From Promethearchaeota archaeon (GTDB lineage Archaea > Asgardarchaeota > Lokiarchaeia > Sigyniarchaeales > SOKP01): a DNA stretch of 38,294 bases. Made by a program: the position numbers and the translations under genes. The DNA lies in NCBI GenBank assembly GCA_016839585.1, contig JAEOTZ010000055.1, positions 1 through 38,294 on the forward strand, in the 5' to 3' direction. Shown in pieces: positions 9,641-18,772 of this stretch; the stretch's first letter is position 1; each line of letters opens with the position of its first letter. The notes beneath the pieces are model-generated. The model searched no databases, was not told where the DNA came from, and saw nothing but the letters and a program-made list of their open reading frames with translations.

Positions 9641-11329
9641 GTGAAAAAGATACAATATCTCAGCTTAGTTTTAATATTTCTAACAATATCAAGTCTTGCA
9701 TTTTACTTTTTGCCATTCTCAGTATTTGATTTACAAACTCAAAATGAAGAAAATAAGGATTTGATTGAATCTGCTGATGTTGGAGATCCAATACCTGAAT
9801 ATGATATTACTCTAAATGTGACAGAAGTTTATCGATTATTTGAATCTATTAATATTACCCTTTATGCCCCAAACTTTCGTTTTCCTACTATTGATAGATC
9901 CGTATTGGAAATTTCCTTTACAAATGGATCAGTAAGAACTTATAATATGACTGGATTTGGCGTCGAACAATATGTATATGTGTACCGACCAGAATATAAT
10001 GCACCATTGGGAGTCCAAAATGTTAGCTTTCTGCTTTATAATTCAACTTGGAATCTATTGAATGCCCACACAACATATAAAAATTTTACAATTAAAACAA
10101 ATTACATGCTTAATTTTAATAGCTCTGAATATTATATAGAAGATACTTTATCTGCTGAATTGACTTTGAATGACTTTAAAACTTACCAATTTGATTGGAA
10201 TATTACTATTGTTGATAGTGTAAATGAAGCAACGCAGATAAATTTATTTAATCTTGAAAACAACCTTTTTCAATTTTCTTTTATAATTGAAAACGACACA
10301 TTCGATCAAGTAGATAAAACTTATTATGTAAAAGTTAATATATCAGATGTTGGTACTGGAAAACTATATCCTACGTACTTTCCTTTTGATGTATTGAATT
10401 CACTCCCTCATATAATAAGTTCATCAATTAATTTCTCTTTAGAAGAGGTCCCGAGAACTGAATCATGCGATATTTCATTAAATGTGACAGATATAGAAAA
10501 TACACCAGCGGAACTTATTGTTAAAATGGAATTAGAGGATCCTAATGGTGATAAGATTAGTGTAAGTATTGATCATGAAGAAGGAAATTTATTTTCTAAA
10601 AGTTTTTCTATTCCAGCGGATAGACCAATAGGAAAATATAGAGTAAATTTTACAGCAGAAGATCTGGATAATGGAGTTGGTTCTTATTCAACATTTTTGA
10701 CTGTAGAAAATAATCCTCCCAAAATTCATAGTTATAAAATCAATGGTTATTCAATGGATAAGAGTATATCAGTACTATATGGTGATGATTTAACTTTTAC
10801 ATTTAATGTATCAGATGTAGAAGGAATTGCTTATATAACTGTTGCCCTTATTGATAAAAATGATGATTGGTATAATATTACTAGAGCTTATACAGGAGAA
10901 AATATGAGAATTCGTATTAGAACTGCTGAATTAGTAAAAGGAACGTGGTACGTTTATATTTATGTTACTGATACTGATGGGGAAACGATAAGCCTTATCG
11001 ATGACTATGATTTAGCTCCACAAGAAATAAGAATTATTACTGATGTATTTGCTGGTATTTTACCGTGGGTGATATTTTTTGTTGGATTAATTTTTGGTAT
11101 TTTAGCAGGGATAGGTGGATCCTACAAACTGGTAAAGTCAAGGTTATTAGGCGCACAAAAAGTAACTCCAAAGAAGAAAGAACCTCTTAAATCTATCAAA
11201 AAAACAGAGAAAAAAGTTATAAAACCAAAAAAAGAAGAGTCTATTGAAGAAGTGGAGAAAGAACCTCCAAAAGAGGAAGAAGAAAAACAGAAAACTCCTT
11301 TTCGTAAAATAAAAAGAAAATTAAAATAA
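9641..11329 (+). CDS. Type I membrane-anchored surface glycoprotein with Ig-like beta-sandwich domains and a charged cytoplasmic tail
   Basis: GTG start 7 bp after the previous stop; signal-peptide-like N-terminus; GKYRVNFTAEDLDNG and GTWYVYIYVTDTDG strands; TM then K/E-rich tail. Confidence 0.75.
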   Translation: MKKIQYLSLVLIFLTISSLAFYFLPFSVFDLQTQNEENKDLIESADVGDPIPEYDITLNVTEVYRLFESINITLYAPNFRFPTIDRSVLEISFTNGSVRTYNMTGFGVEQYVYVYRPEYNAPLGVQNVSFLLYNSTWNLLNAHTTYKNFTIKTNYMLNFNSSEYYIEDTLSAELTLNDFKTYQFDWNITIVDSVNEATQINLFNLENNLFQFSFIIENDTFDQVDKTYYVKVNISDVGTGKLYPTYFPFDVLNSLPHIISSSINFSLEEVPRTESCDISLNVTDIENTPAELIVKMELEDPNGDKISVSIDHEEGNLFSKSFSIPADRPIGKYRVNFTAEDLDNGVGSYSTFLTVENNPPKIHSYKINGYSMDKSISVLYGDDLTFTFNVSDVEGIAYITVALIDKNDDWYNITRAYTGENMRIRIRTAELVKGTWYVYIYVTDTDGETISLIDDYDLAPQEIRIITDVFAGILPWVIFFVGLIFGILAGIGGSYKLVKSRLLGAQKVTPKKKEPLKSIKKTEKKVIKPKKEESIEEVEKEPPKEEEEKQKTPFRKIKRKLK

Positions 11330-11450
11330 AATTATAATATTTTCAATCATATTTTTTTTGTCATAAACTAAAACTAGAAAATATATTTCACCTTCAGATC
11401 CTTGTATAACTGAAGTAAATTGACAATAACTATCCATATAATATTCAAAC

Positions 11451-11590
11451 TCGACAAGCCAGTAATTAGTCAACTGCCGGTAATCCACATGAATGTAGGG
11501 GTGGCTATCAGGATGGAATCCCCCCGGAGGGATGAAATTCATTGACGTTTTCCCTTCAAGCCAGACCCGTGCTGAGACTGTAGACTTTTC
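11451..11590 (+). ncRNA. Candidate structured RNA containing a kink-turn (family unassigned, strand tentative)
   Basis: 66 G/C in 130 nt (11451-11580). Nested pairings GTCAA/TTGAC, CCGG/CCGG and TCCA/TGGA, with a CAT bulge and tandem GA/GA. Confidence 0.5.
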
Positions 11591-11596
11591 CTTGTT

Positions 11597-12520
11597 TTAT
11601 TCTAAACCAAGCTCATAAAGTCTATATTGAAACTTTCCTAGTTTACCACTATAATTACCTGCTGAAATTCTATTTACTCCTGGAACTTTTACAGCTGCCT
11701 CGATTCCTAGTTTTAATGCTTTTTTTACAGCAACTTCAGTCGCTCCATCTAAAACAATTTCAAAAACTGCCCCATCTCCTTCTCTTAGTTGAGTATCTTC
11801 TACTTTGGTTCTTAAGGTTGGACAATAAGCATGGTTAGTGCTTGCGAAAAGTCCCGGAATGTTTTCATATTGGGTCCCAACTTTTGATCCCGAGGGCACA
11901 ATTCCCCCTGGAAAAGGAGCAATAACATTTTCTACATCCTTTATGGCCTCAATCACTTTCTCTGCTGCTTCTAATGTAGAATCTTGATCTTTTCCGATTA
12001 TTAAGAAATTTCCACCAGCTATTCCTTTCCCAACTTTAAAAGAACTCTGAACGATAAATTCTCCTCCCATAATAGGAATTTTCCATGCAGGAAATGGAAA
12101 AACGCCTTCAAGCTTTTCTTCATATTTATCTCCAAAAAATTTAAGAAAATAACCTGTTTTTACCTCGAATTCCTTTTCTGGTTCTAAAGAACTACCAATT
12201 GCATCAAAACAAGCTGTGGTTGGACATGTTAAAATGCATTGCCCTACACGGTGCAACATTACATTACTAACTTTATCCTTTTTCTTAATAAAAAACATCA
12301 TCGCAACTCCAGGACGATTATCGGGTGTTTTTTCGGCAGGTACTAATACATCTATTCCCGCCTCTGCGTCGCAACCAATTCCTGATGTACCATAACCCGT
12401 TGCTTCTTGAGCTGCAATTTTAACCCATTTTTCATTTTTAGCAGTTACTAAAATTCTTGTAAAGAAGCCTCCAAATGCTTCACAATAGGTATCTTCAATT
12501 TCTACTCCATTTAATTCCAT
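11597..12520 (-). CDS. ftr: Formylmethanofuran--tetrahydromethanopterin N-formyltransferase
   Basis: NGVEIEDTYCEAF, TPDNRPG, RVGQCILTCPTTACF, FPGGIVPSGSKVG, ISAGNYSGKLG. Confidence 0.97.
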   Translation of the reverse strand: MELNGVEIEDTYCEAFGGFFTRILVTAKNEKWVKIAAQEATGYGTSGIGCDAEAGIDVLVPAEKTPDNRPGVAMMFFIKKKDKVSNVMLHRVGQCILTCPTTACFDAIGSSLEPEKEFEVKTGYFLKFFGDKYEEKLEGVFPFPAWKIPIMGGEFIVQSSFKVGKGIAGGNFLIIGKDQDSTLEAAEKVIEAIKDVENVIAPFPGGIVPSGSKVGTQYENIPGLFASTNHAYCPTLRTKVEDTQLREGDGAVFEIVLDGATEVAVKKALKLGIEAAVKVPGVNRISAGNYSGKLGKFQYRLYELGLE

Positions 12521-12679
12521 TTTTTACAACTTTTTTAGTTTTAATTAATTTTAGTCATTATTAAATTAGACATCTATTTTATATAAAATTTTAAAACAAA
12601 ATTAATAACATTGAAAAATTGTTAGAGATAAATAGTAATTATAATTAAAATTCTGAAATTACAAATTTAATTGATTAAA

Positions 12680-13525
12680 ATGAGCGAAGATAAGATTCTT
12701 AAAATAGGAATTTTGAAGAATGGAACAATTGGTTCGTCTTTATTACTAGCTTTCTTAATGGATGAAAGAGCTGAAGCTACCAGAATCTATGTTTATGAGA
12801 TAACCTCTGGAGCCAAAATGCATCCACCAGAAATGTGCACCGAAACTATGAAGGACTTATTAAAATGGGAGCCAGAATTAATTTTAATGTCAAGTCCGAA
12901 TGCCGCACTTAAAGGTCCTAAAGAGGCTAGAGATATGGCTAAAGAAGCCAGGATACCTACGATTATAATCTCAGACGCTCCAGCTAAGAAAGCTGTAGAA
13001 GAAATTCAAGAGAAGGGAATGGGGTATATTCTTGTGAATTGTGATAGTATGATTGGTGCGAGGAGACCATTTTTAGATCCTATTGAAATGAGTTGCTTCA
13101 ATGCAGATTTATTAAAAGTGCTGGCAATAACTGGCGCTCTTCAAATTATTGCTGAAGAGCTAAATAAAGTAATTCTAGATATGCTAGAAGGTAGAACACC
13201 AATTTTACCACAGATTATCGTTGATGCTACAACTGCTACAAAAGCTGCTAATTTTTCTAACCCATATGCAGAAGCTAAAGCTATAGCTGCTTTTGAATTG
13301 GCTGCTTCAGTTTCAACAATTACAGGAAAAGCTTGTTTTGTACTCAAAGACAGATCTGAATATATACCATTACTAGCAACTGCCCATGAAATGATGAGAA
13401 CAGCAGCACTCATGTGTGATGAAGCGCGAGAAATAGAAAAATATAATGATTCAGTTTTAAGAAGACCTCATCATGCTAAACAGCACTTCTTAATAAAAAG
13501 GGGGCTTCACGAAAAAGAACAATAA
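12680..13525 (+). CDS. mtd: F420-dependent methylene-H4MPT dehydrogenase
   Basis: DERAE, SGAKM, SPNAALKGP, DSMIGARRPFLDPIEM, AHEMMRTAALMCDEAREIEK, VLRRPH. ATG at 12680 preferred over TTG at 12671. Confidence 0.96.
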   Translation: MSEDKILKIGILKNGTIGSSLLLAFLMDERAEATRIYVYEITSGAKMHPPEMCTETMKDLLKWEPELILMSSPNAALKGPKEARDMAKEARIPTIIISDAPAKKAVEEIQEKGMGYILVNCDSMIGARRPFLDPIEMSCFNADLLKVLAITGALQIIAEELNKVILDMLEGRTPILPQIIVDATTATKAANFSNPYAEAKAIAAFELAASVSTITGKACFVLKDRSEYIPLLATAHEMMRTAALMCDEAREIEKYNDSVLRRPHHAKQHFLIKRGLHEKEQ

Positions 13526-13639
13526 ATTATTATCAACATTTCTCCTAAAATTTATTTTTTTATTTTGCTAATTCTAATCTCAAGAATAGATTATATAGAA
13601 ACCTATAATTCAACAAAAAATAGAATAAAATAACTATGT

Positions 13640-14587
13640 TTAAGTTATTAAGAATTCCTTTAAATTCTCAAATTCTTCTCCATTCAGCGCATTCATTACA
13701 CCAGAGAAGACTTCTAGTTGCCTATTTTTCGTAATTGCCATCAAAACTGCTCCATTGCTCACCTCTTTCACTAAGATATAACAATTATCAGATTCATAAA
13801 CAATAGTAGATAAAGATAAAGCAGAATAATTAGATATATTTTGTAACTCCATAACTTGCTGATAAATGTTATAAATATTCGAATCTAAAGTTCCGATTTC
13901 AAACTTCATGAACTGTAGGGGTTTTAGGTCAAGTTTTCCAAAAGTAGAGGCAATTAATAATCCATCAGGTTGATTAAATAAAAGATACTCAGATAATGTA
14001 TTGACTTTTAACTGATCAAGTAAATGGCGTATCTTTCCTAAACGTTGCATTGATAACGTATTCTTCTGGATTTCATAATCTAATATTTCAATTAATCTGT
14101 GTTGCGCACTGCCTTCTTTTACTGATACTGGCGTAAAAGCGAGTTTCTTCATTAAATTCTCATTTAACTCATCAGATAAAACCTTAAAAAAATCATCTTC
14201 TCTTGATTTTGGTAAATCTATTTTATTTAATAATACATAAATGTTCTCAATATTGGGAGAGAATTCAAGTAGATATTTTAAAAAGTTATCGAAAATTTCT
14301 CGAACATTTGAGTCAATTACCACAGAATCAACCATGAAGACCGCTGTTGTAGATTCTGAAAATATACGCTCTCTTTGGGATTCAGAAAAGTACCGTTCCA
14401 TATATCGTTCTTGTCCTCCTAGATCCCAGACGTTAAGTTCCATGATACCCCGAAAGATAAAATTTTCTCTTGAAACACCTTTAGTAGGTTTTAAATTTAA
14501 AACCTTCATAAAATTATATCCTAAGCAAGTAGTTCTCATTAGACTGGTTTTCCCTGCACCTGCAGGACCAAAAAGCAGTATTTTCAT
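13640..14587 (-). CDS. Rag/Gtr-like small GTPase with C-terminal roadblock/longin-like domain
   Basis: G1 GPAGAGKTS, G2 KPT, G3 WDLGGQERYMERYF..SQRERIF (compare RagA WDCGGQDTFMENYF.SQRDNIF), G4 NKID; C-terminal LFNQPDGLLIAS motif. Confidence 0.85.
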   Translation of the reverse strand: MKILLFGPAGAGKTSLMRTTCLGYNFMKVLNLKPTKGVSRENFIFRGIMELNVWDLGGQERYMERYFSESQRERIFSESTTAVFMVDSVVIDSNVREIFDNFLKYLLEFSPNIENIYVLLNKIDLPKSREDDFFKVLSDELNENLMKKLAFTPVSVKEGSAQHRLIEILDYEIQKNTLSMQRLGKIRHLLDQLKVNTLSEYLLFNQPDGLLIASTFGKLDLKPLQFMKFEIGTLDSNIYNIYQQVMELQNISNYSALSLSTIVYESDNCYILVKEVSNGAVLMAITKNRQLEVFSGVMNALNGEEFENLKEFLIT

Positions 14588-14790
14588 GGGGATTCTCTTT
14601 TTGAATTTAAATTAATTTTAATTACAGTTCTAATATATTTTTTATACTTTAATGGTTATTTAATTTTTTCTAATTAATTAAAAGAAATATTCTGTTTTAA
14701 AGGGGATTGATCTTATGACGATTCAATTTAATTAAATATGATTTTAAATTAACTAAAATAAAAAATAAATTTAAATTGGAATTGATATAA

Positions 14791-15318
14791 ATGAACTTGG
14801 AAGAATTTATTCGTAATGTACCAGGCTTCCCAAAACCAGGTATACAATTCAAAGACGTTACAACATTGTGTAAAGTACATGCTCCCTTCAAAGAATCATG
14901 CAATAGAATAATAGATTATTTCAAGAAGAAAGGGATAACTAAAGTTGTTGCTATTGAAGCTCGTGGATATGTTTGGGGAGGGGTTCTAGCATATCAATTA
15001 GGTGCTGGATTTGTATTAATGAGAAAGCCTGGTAAATTGCCCGCAGAGACATTAAGCGAAACATATGAGCTTGAATATGGGACAGATACAATTGAGATGC
15101 ACAAGGATGCAATTGAGAGAGGTGAAAAAGTTTTAGTTTTTGATGATTTATTAGCAACTGGTGGTACTGCTAAAGCAGCATGTAATTTAGTGGAAAAAGC
15201 GGGAGGACAAGTCATTGGAGTTGCTTTTGTTATTGAACTAACTGGCAGTTTACATGGTAGAGATAAATTAGAAGGTTATGATATTCTTTCTCTAATTAAA
15301 ATCCCAGTTGAAGAATAA
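14791..15318 (+). CDS. apt: Adenine phosphoribosyltransferase
   Basis: GFPKPGIQFKDVT, EARGY, RKPGKLP, YELEYG, PRPP loop VFDDLLATGGT. Confidence 0.97.
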   Translation: MNLEEFIRNVPGFPKPGIQFKDVTTLCKVHAPFKESCNRIIDYFKKKGITKVVAIEARGYVWGGVLAYQLGAGFVLMRKPGKLPAETLSETYELEYGTDTIEMHKDAIERGEKVLVFDDLLATGGTAKAACNLVEKAGGQVIGVAFVIELTGSLHGRDKLEGYDILSLIKIPVEE

Positions 15319-15370
15319 ATCCTTTATTATGAAATCAAGATTTTTTAAAATCAATGAATAATCTTTTTTT

Positions 15371-16369
15371 TTATACGTTTTCTAATTCAGCAGGAGTATA
15401 GCCAAATGTATTAAAAAACCGTTTTCTAACTTGTTCAATATTAAAGATTTGTGTTTGAGCTCCTGTAGTTTCAACCACAAAGGAGCCGATAATAGCTCCT
15501 AATCTACAAGAATCTAATATGGTCATGTTCAGCACTAATCCCGTAAGTATTCCAGCACGGTATCCATCTCCTGCCCCAGTTGTATCTTCAATTTTCATCG
15601 GAGTTGCAATCGGGATATCAATCTTATATATTTTATTATTTTCATCTCTATAGATTAATTCAGAACCTTCAGATCCTTTTGTGATAATTATTGCCTTAAC
15701 ATGTTCGAGAATAGACTCTTCAGCTAATCCGGATCTCTCTTTAATTTGGCTTATCTCATGATTATTACCAATTAATATATCTGATCTTTTGAGTATATCA
15801 ATTAAATTTTCTCTCTGAAAAAGAGGTGTAACTTGACCAGGATCAAATATAGAGGGTATTTGTAAGTCAATCAATTGAGCCGCAAAATTAGTCATAGCTT
15901 CTACACTTTGTGTTGAGTTTATTGCATAAACGAACTCTTCTGGGTTTGATATTTTTTCTCTTAAATCAATATCTTTACACCTATCTAAAGCACCACCATG
16001 AAAAATAATCATTTGATTTGATTTAATGTCATTAACTATGTAACAAGCCGCTGTAAAAAGATTATCATAAACATCAACTTTTAGATCTACATTTTTAAAC
16101 TTTTTTATATGATCCTTATATCCCAATGTCTCAAAATCATTCCCTACTGACCCTAATATAGAAACTTTAGCTATACTTAGTAGTCCTAGATTATAAGCAA
16201 TATTGCCTGCCGTTCCACCAAAAAATTGATGACGGCTATCTGCGGTAACGGTACTTTGATATTCTTCCTTATCATGGTCAATCGATACAGCGCTAATAAA
16301 ATTCTCTTTAAAACTCATAATATAATCAAAAGCTAACGATCCAAGTACGAGGACTTTGTTTTTTAGCAT
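15371..16369 (-). CDS. PfkB-family kinase, likely adenosine/nucleoside kinase
   Basis: GSLAFD, FGGTAGNIAYNL, FDPGQ, DTTGAGDGYRAG; flanked by apt and mtnP. Confidence 0.85.
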   Translation of the reverse strand: MLKNKVLVLGSLAFDYIMSFKENFISAVSIDHDKEEYQSTVTADSRHQFFGGTAGNIAYNLGLLSIAKVSILGSVGNDFETLGYKDHIKKFKNVDLKVDVYDNLFTAACYIVNDIKSNQMIIFHGGALDRCKDIDLREKISNPEEFVYAINSTQSVEAMTNFAAQLIDLQIPSIFDPGQVTPLFQRENLIDILKRSDILIGNNHEISQIKERSGLAEESILEHVKAIIITKGSEGSELIYRDENNKIYKIDIPIATPMKIEDTTGAGDGYRAGILTGLVLNMTILDSCRLGAIIGSFVVETTGAQTQIFNIEQVRKRFFNTFGYTPAELENV

Positions 16370-16518
16370 AAGACAATAAATTAAATTTTAGAAATATATT
16401 TTACACTAATCAATATTGTGTTAAAACTTTATAGAATTTAGCAGTAGTGGGTAATTTTTTTAAAAAATAATTTATTAAATTTTAAATTTTATAATTTAAA
16501 ACTCTATTGTGGTTTATT

Positions 16519-17274
16519 ATGGTAAAAATATTGATAGGCATAATTGGTGGTTCGGGATTAGATAATCCGGAAATTTTAAAGGATGCTAAAGATATAAATG
16601 TTGATACACCATATGGAAAACCTACTTCTCCTTTAAAATTAGGAAAAATTAACGATGTTGATGTAGTACTCATAGCGCGACATGGAAGAGAGCATACTAT
16701 TCCTCCATCGCAAGTAAATTATAGAGCTAACATACAAGCATTAAAAGATCAAGGTTGTTCTCATATTCTTGCTACAACCGCTTGCGGAAGTTTGAGAGAG
16801 GAAATAGATAGAGGGGATCTCGTTATTCTTGACCAATTTATAGATTTCACTCGACTCAGGAAAATATCTTTTTTTGAAGAATTTGCCCCTGGAGATATGA
16901 AGCATACCCCAATGGCTGATCCTTATTCAGAAGAGCTAAGAAAAATTCTTATTGAAACTGCAAAGGAACTGAATCTTAAATATCATGAAACAGGAACTGT
17001 TGTTACAATTGAAGGTCCAAGGTTTTCTACAAGAGCAGAATCAAATATGTTTCGGATATGGGGTGCTGATGTGGTAAATATGAGCATAGCTCCTGAAACA
17101 ATTTTAGCAAACGAAGCAGGTATCCCATATGCTGCTGTTGCTATGTCTACAGATTATGACTGCTGGAAAGAGGATGAAGCACCCGTTACTTGGGAAGAAA
17201 TATTAGAAATCTTTGGCAAAAATGTTAACAATGTTATTGCATTATTAACTAATACTATAAGAAAAATAAGATAA
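16519..17274 (+). CDS. mtnP: S-methyl-5'-thioadenosine phosphorylase
   Basis: IGIIGGSG, ARHGREHTIPP, IEGPRFSTRAES, TDYDCW; ATG at 16519. Confidence 0.93.
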   Translation: MVKILIGIIGGSGLDNPEILKDAKDINVDTPYGKPTSPLKLGKINDVDVVLIARHGREHTIPPSQVNYRANIQALKDQGCSHILATTACGSLREEIDRGDLVILDQFIDFTRLRKISFFEEFAPGDMKHTPMADPYSEELRKILIETAKELNLKYHETGTVVTIEGPRFSTRAESNMFRIWGADVVNMSIAPETILANEAGIPYAAVAMSTDYDCWKEDEAPVTWEEILEIFGKNVNNVIALLTNTIRKIR

Positions 17275-17448
17275 TTTATCAATTATTTATTAAATTTTTT
17301 GGAACAAAAAAAAAATAAAAATATGCAAGATATTTTGATAATTATTTTATTCTTTTTATTTTAAATTTTGATAAAATTATTATCTATTAATTGTTTACAC
17401 TATACAAGTAATACTTTGAAGCATAAAATAGTCTAGAGAATATCGAAA

Positions 17449-18753
17449 ATGGTTTCTATTTCTTTTCTAGGGGGATGTAGGGAAGTTGGTCGCTCAGCTA
17501 TTTTAATAGAATCTAAGAGCGGAGCTAAATGTATCTTAGACTATGGTATTAGATTTAAGAATGAAAACAGACTACCTTATGATACTAATTTAAGCAATCT
17601 AAAAGCTGTTGCATTAACTCATAGTCATATTGACCATTCTGGAGCTTTACCATTCTTATATAAAACCTATGAAGGGCCATTCTTTACTAATCCAGTATCA
17701 TTAGCAATAGTAGAAGTTCTTATTAGAGATATGATAAAAATATCTGATTTTCCATATCCGTTTGGTTTTAGGGAATTGGAAAAAGTAAAACAGAATGCAA
17801 ATTTTCTTAAAAATAAAGTTCGCTATAAAATTAAAGATAATTTTTTCATAACGTTTATTAATGCAGGACATATACCTGGAAGTGTTTCTATTCTTATAGA
17901 AGTAGATAACAAAAAAATTCTCTATTCAGGAGATATTAATACTCAACTGACGAACTTAATTAACCCCGCGAATTCTTTAGATATTCCTGAATTAGATGCA
18001 TTAATTATTGAATCAACTTATTCACTTAAAGAGCATCCTGATAGGGATCAACTCGAGAAAAATTTTGTAGAGAAAACTACTGATATTACTGAAAATGGAG
18101 GTAGCGTCTTAATTCCTGCTTTTGGAGTGGCTCGTTCCCAAGAAGCTCTTTTAATTTTAGATAAATACAATTATCCAGGTAAGATTTTTCTAGATGGTTT
18201 AGCAAGAAAAGTGTCTAAGGTATATCTAGATTACCCAGAGTCTATTAGGAGTCAAGGAATCTTTAAAAATGCTTTAAAAAAAACCAAATTTGTTATAAGA
18301 AGGAAGGGTCGAAATATCGCAAAAAATTCAGTTGGAGTCATCATTACTCCTTCAGGTATGCTTAAAGGAGGTGCGGCAATTGAGTATATTCAAACAATAT
18401 TAACAGATCCATCCTCTGCTGTTTATTTAGTTGGATATCAAGTAGAAGGATCTCCTGGAAGAGGACTTTTAGATAATGGTATTTTTGAATTTAGTGAACG
18501 AGGACTCAAGAAACATACAATTGATAATATAAAAATAAGAGCTAAATGTGAATATGATTATTTTGATTTTTCAAGTCATGCTGATAATCTGCATCTTTAT
18601 GATTATATAGACAATTTAAATTTTTATGATAATTCAAATGATATTTTCTGTGTTCATGGTGATAATAGATCAACTACAAGTTTTGCAAGTGAGTTAGTAA
18701 AAAAAGGGTATAACTCAGTTGCTCCAGAGATAGGAGAAGTTTATAAAGTTTAA
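17449..18753 (+). CDS. MBL-fold beta-CASP ribonuclease (aCPSF2-like, no KH domains)
   Basis: FLGGCREVGRS, THSHIDHSG, AGHIPGS, ESTY, FSSHAD, VHGD. Confidence 0.9.
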   Translation: MVSISFLGGCREVGRSAILIESKSGAKCILDYGIRFKNENRLPYDTNLSNLKAVALTHSHIDHSGALPFLYKTYEGPFFTNPVSLAIVEVLIRDMIKISDFPYPFGFRELEKVKQNANFLKNKVRYKIKDNFFITFINAGHIPGSVSILIEVDNKKILYSGDINTQLTNLINPANSLDIPELDALIIESTYSLKEHPDRDQLEKNFVEKTTDITENGGSVLIPAFGVARSQEALLILDKYNYPGKIFLDGLARKVSKVYLDYPESIRSQGIFKNALKKTKFVIRRKGRNIAKNSVGVIITPSGMLKGGAAIEYIQTILTDPSSAVYLVGYQVEGSPGRGLLDNGIFEFSERGLKKHTIDNIKIRAKCEYDYFDFSSHADNLHLYDYIDNLNFYDNSNDIFCVHGDNRSTTSFASELVKKGYNSVAPEIGEVYKV

Positions 18754-18772
18754 CTATATTTAATTTGCTAAA

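Noticed and set aside
11484-11517. SECIS element (AUGA...GA core)
   Set aside because: The upper stem is too short, and no gene with a plausible in-frame Sec TGA is nearby. The TGA at 9631-9633 is out of frame with the next gene.
11455-11595. RNase P RNA, 5S rRNA, or TPP/FMN/SAM/cobalamin riboswitch
   Set aside because: Only isolated word matches (AAGGAAAAGTC, GCTGAGA, GATGAAATTC); the other conserved elements and lengths do not fit.
11321-11596. 73-aa minus-strand ORF that is in frame with ftr (stop-codon readthrough idea)
   Set aside because: The ftr stop is TAA at the normal family C-terminus. The ORF has no recognisable motif and overlaps the GC island, which is better explained as RNA.
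13592-13607. TATA-N8-TATA pair (a similar pair lies at 5160/5172)
   Set aside because: Only two cores, no associated promoter geometry, and expected by chance in AT-rich DNA.
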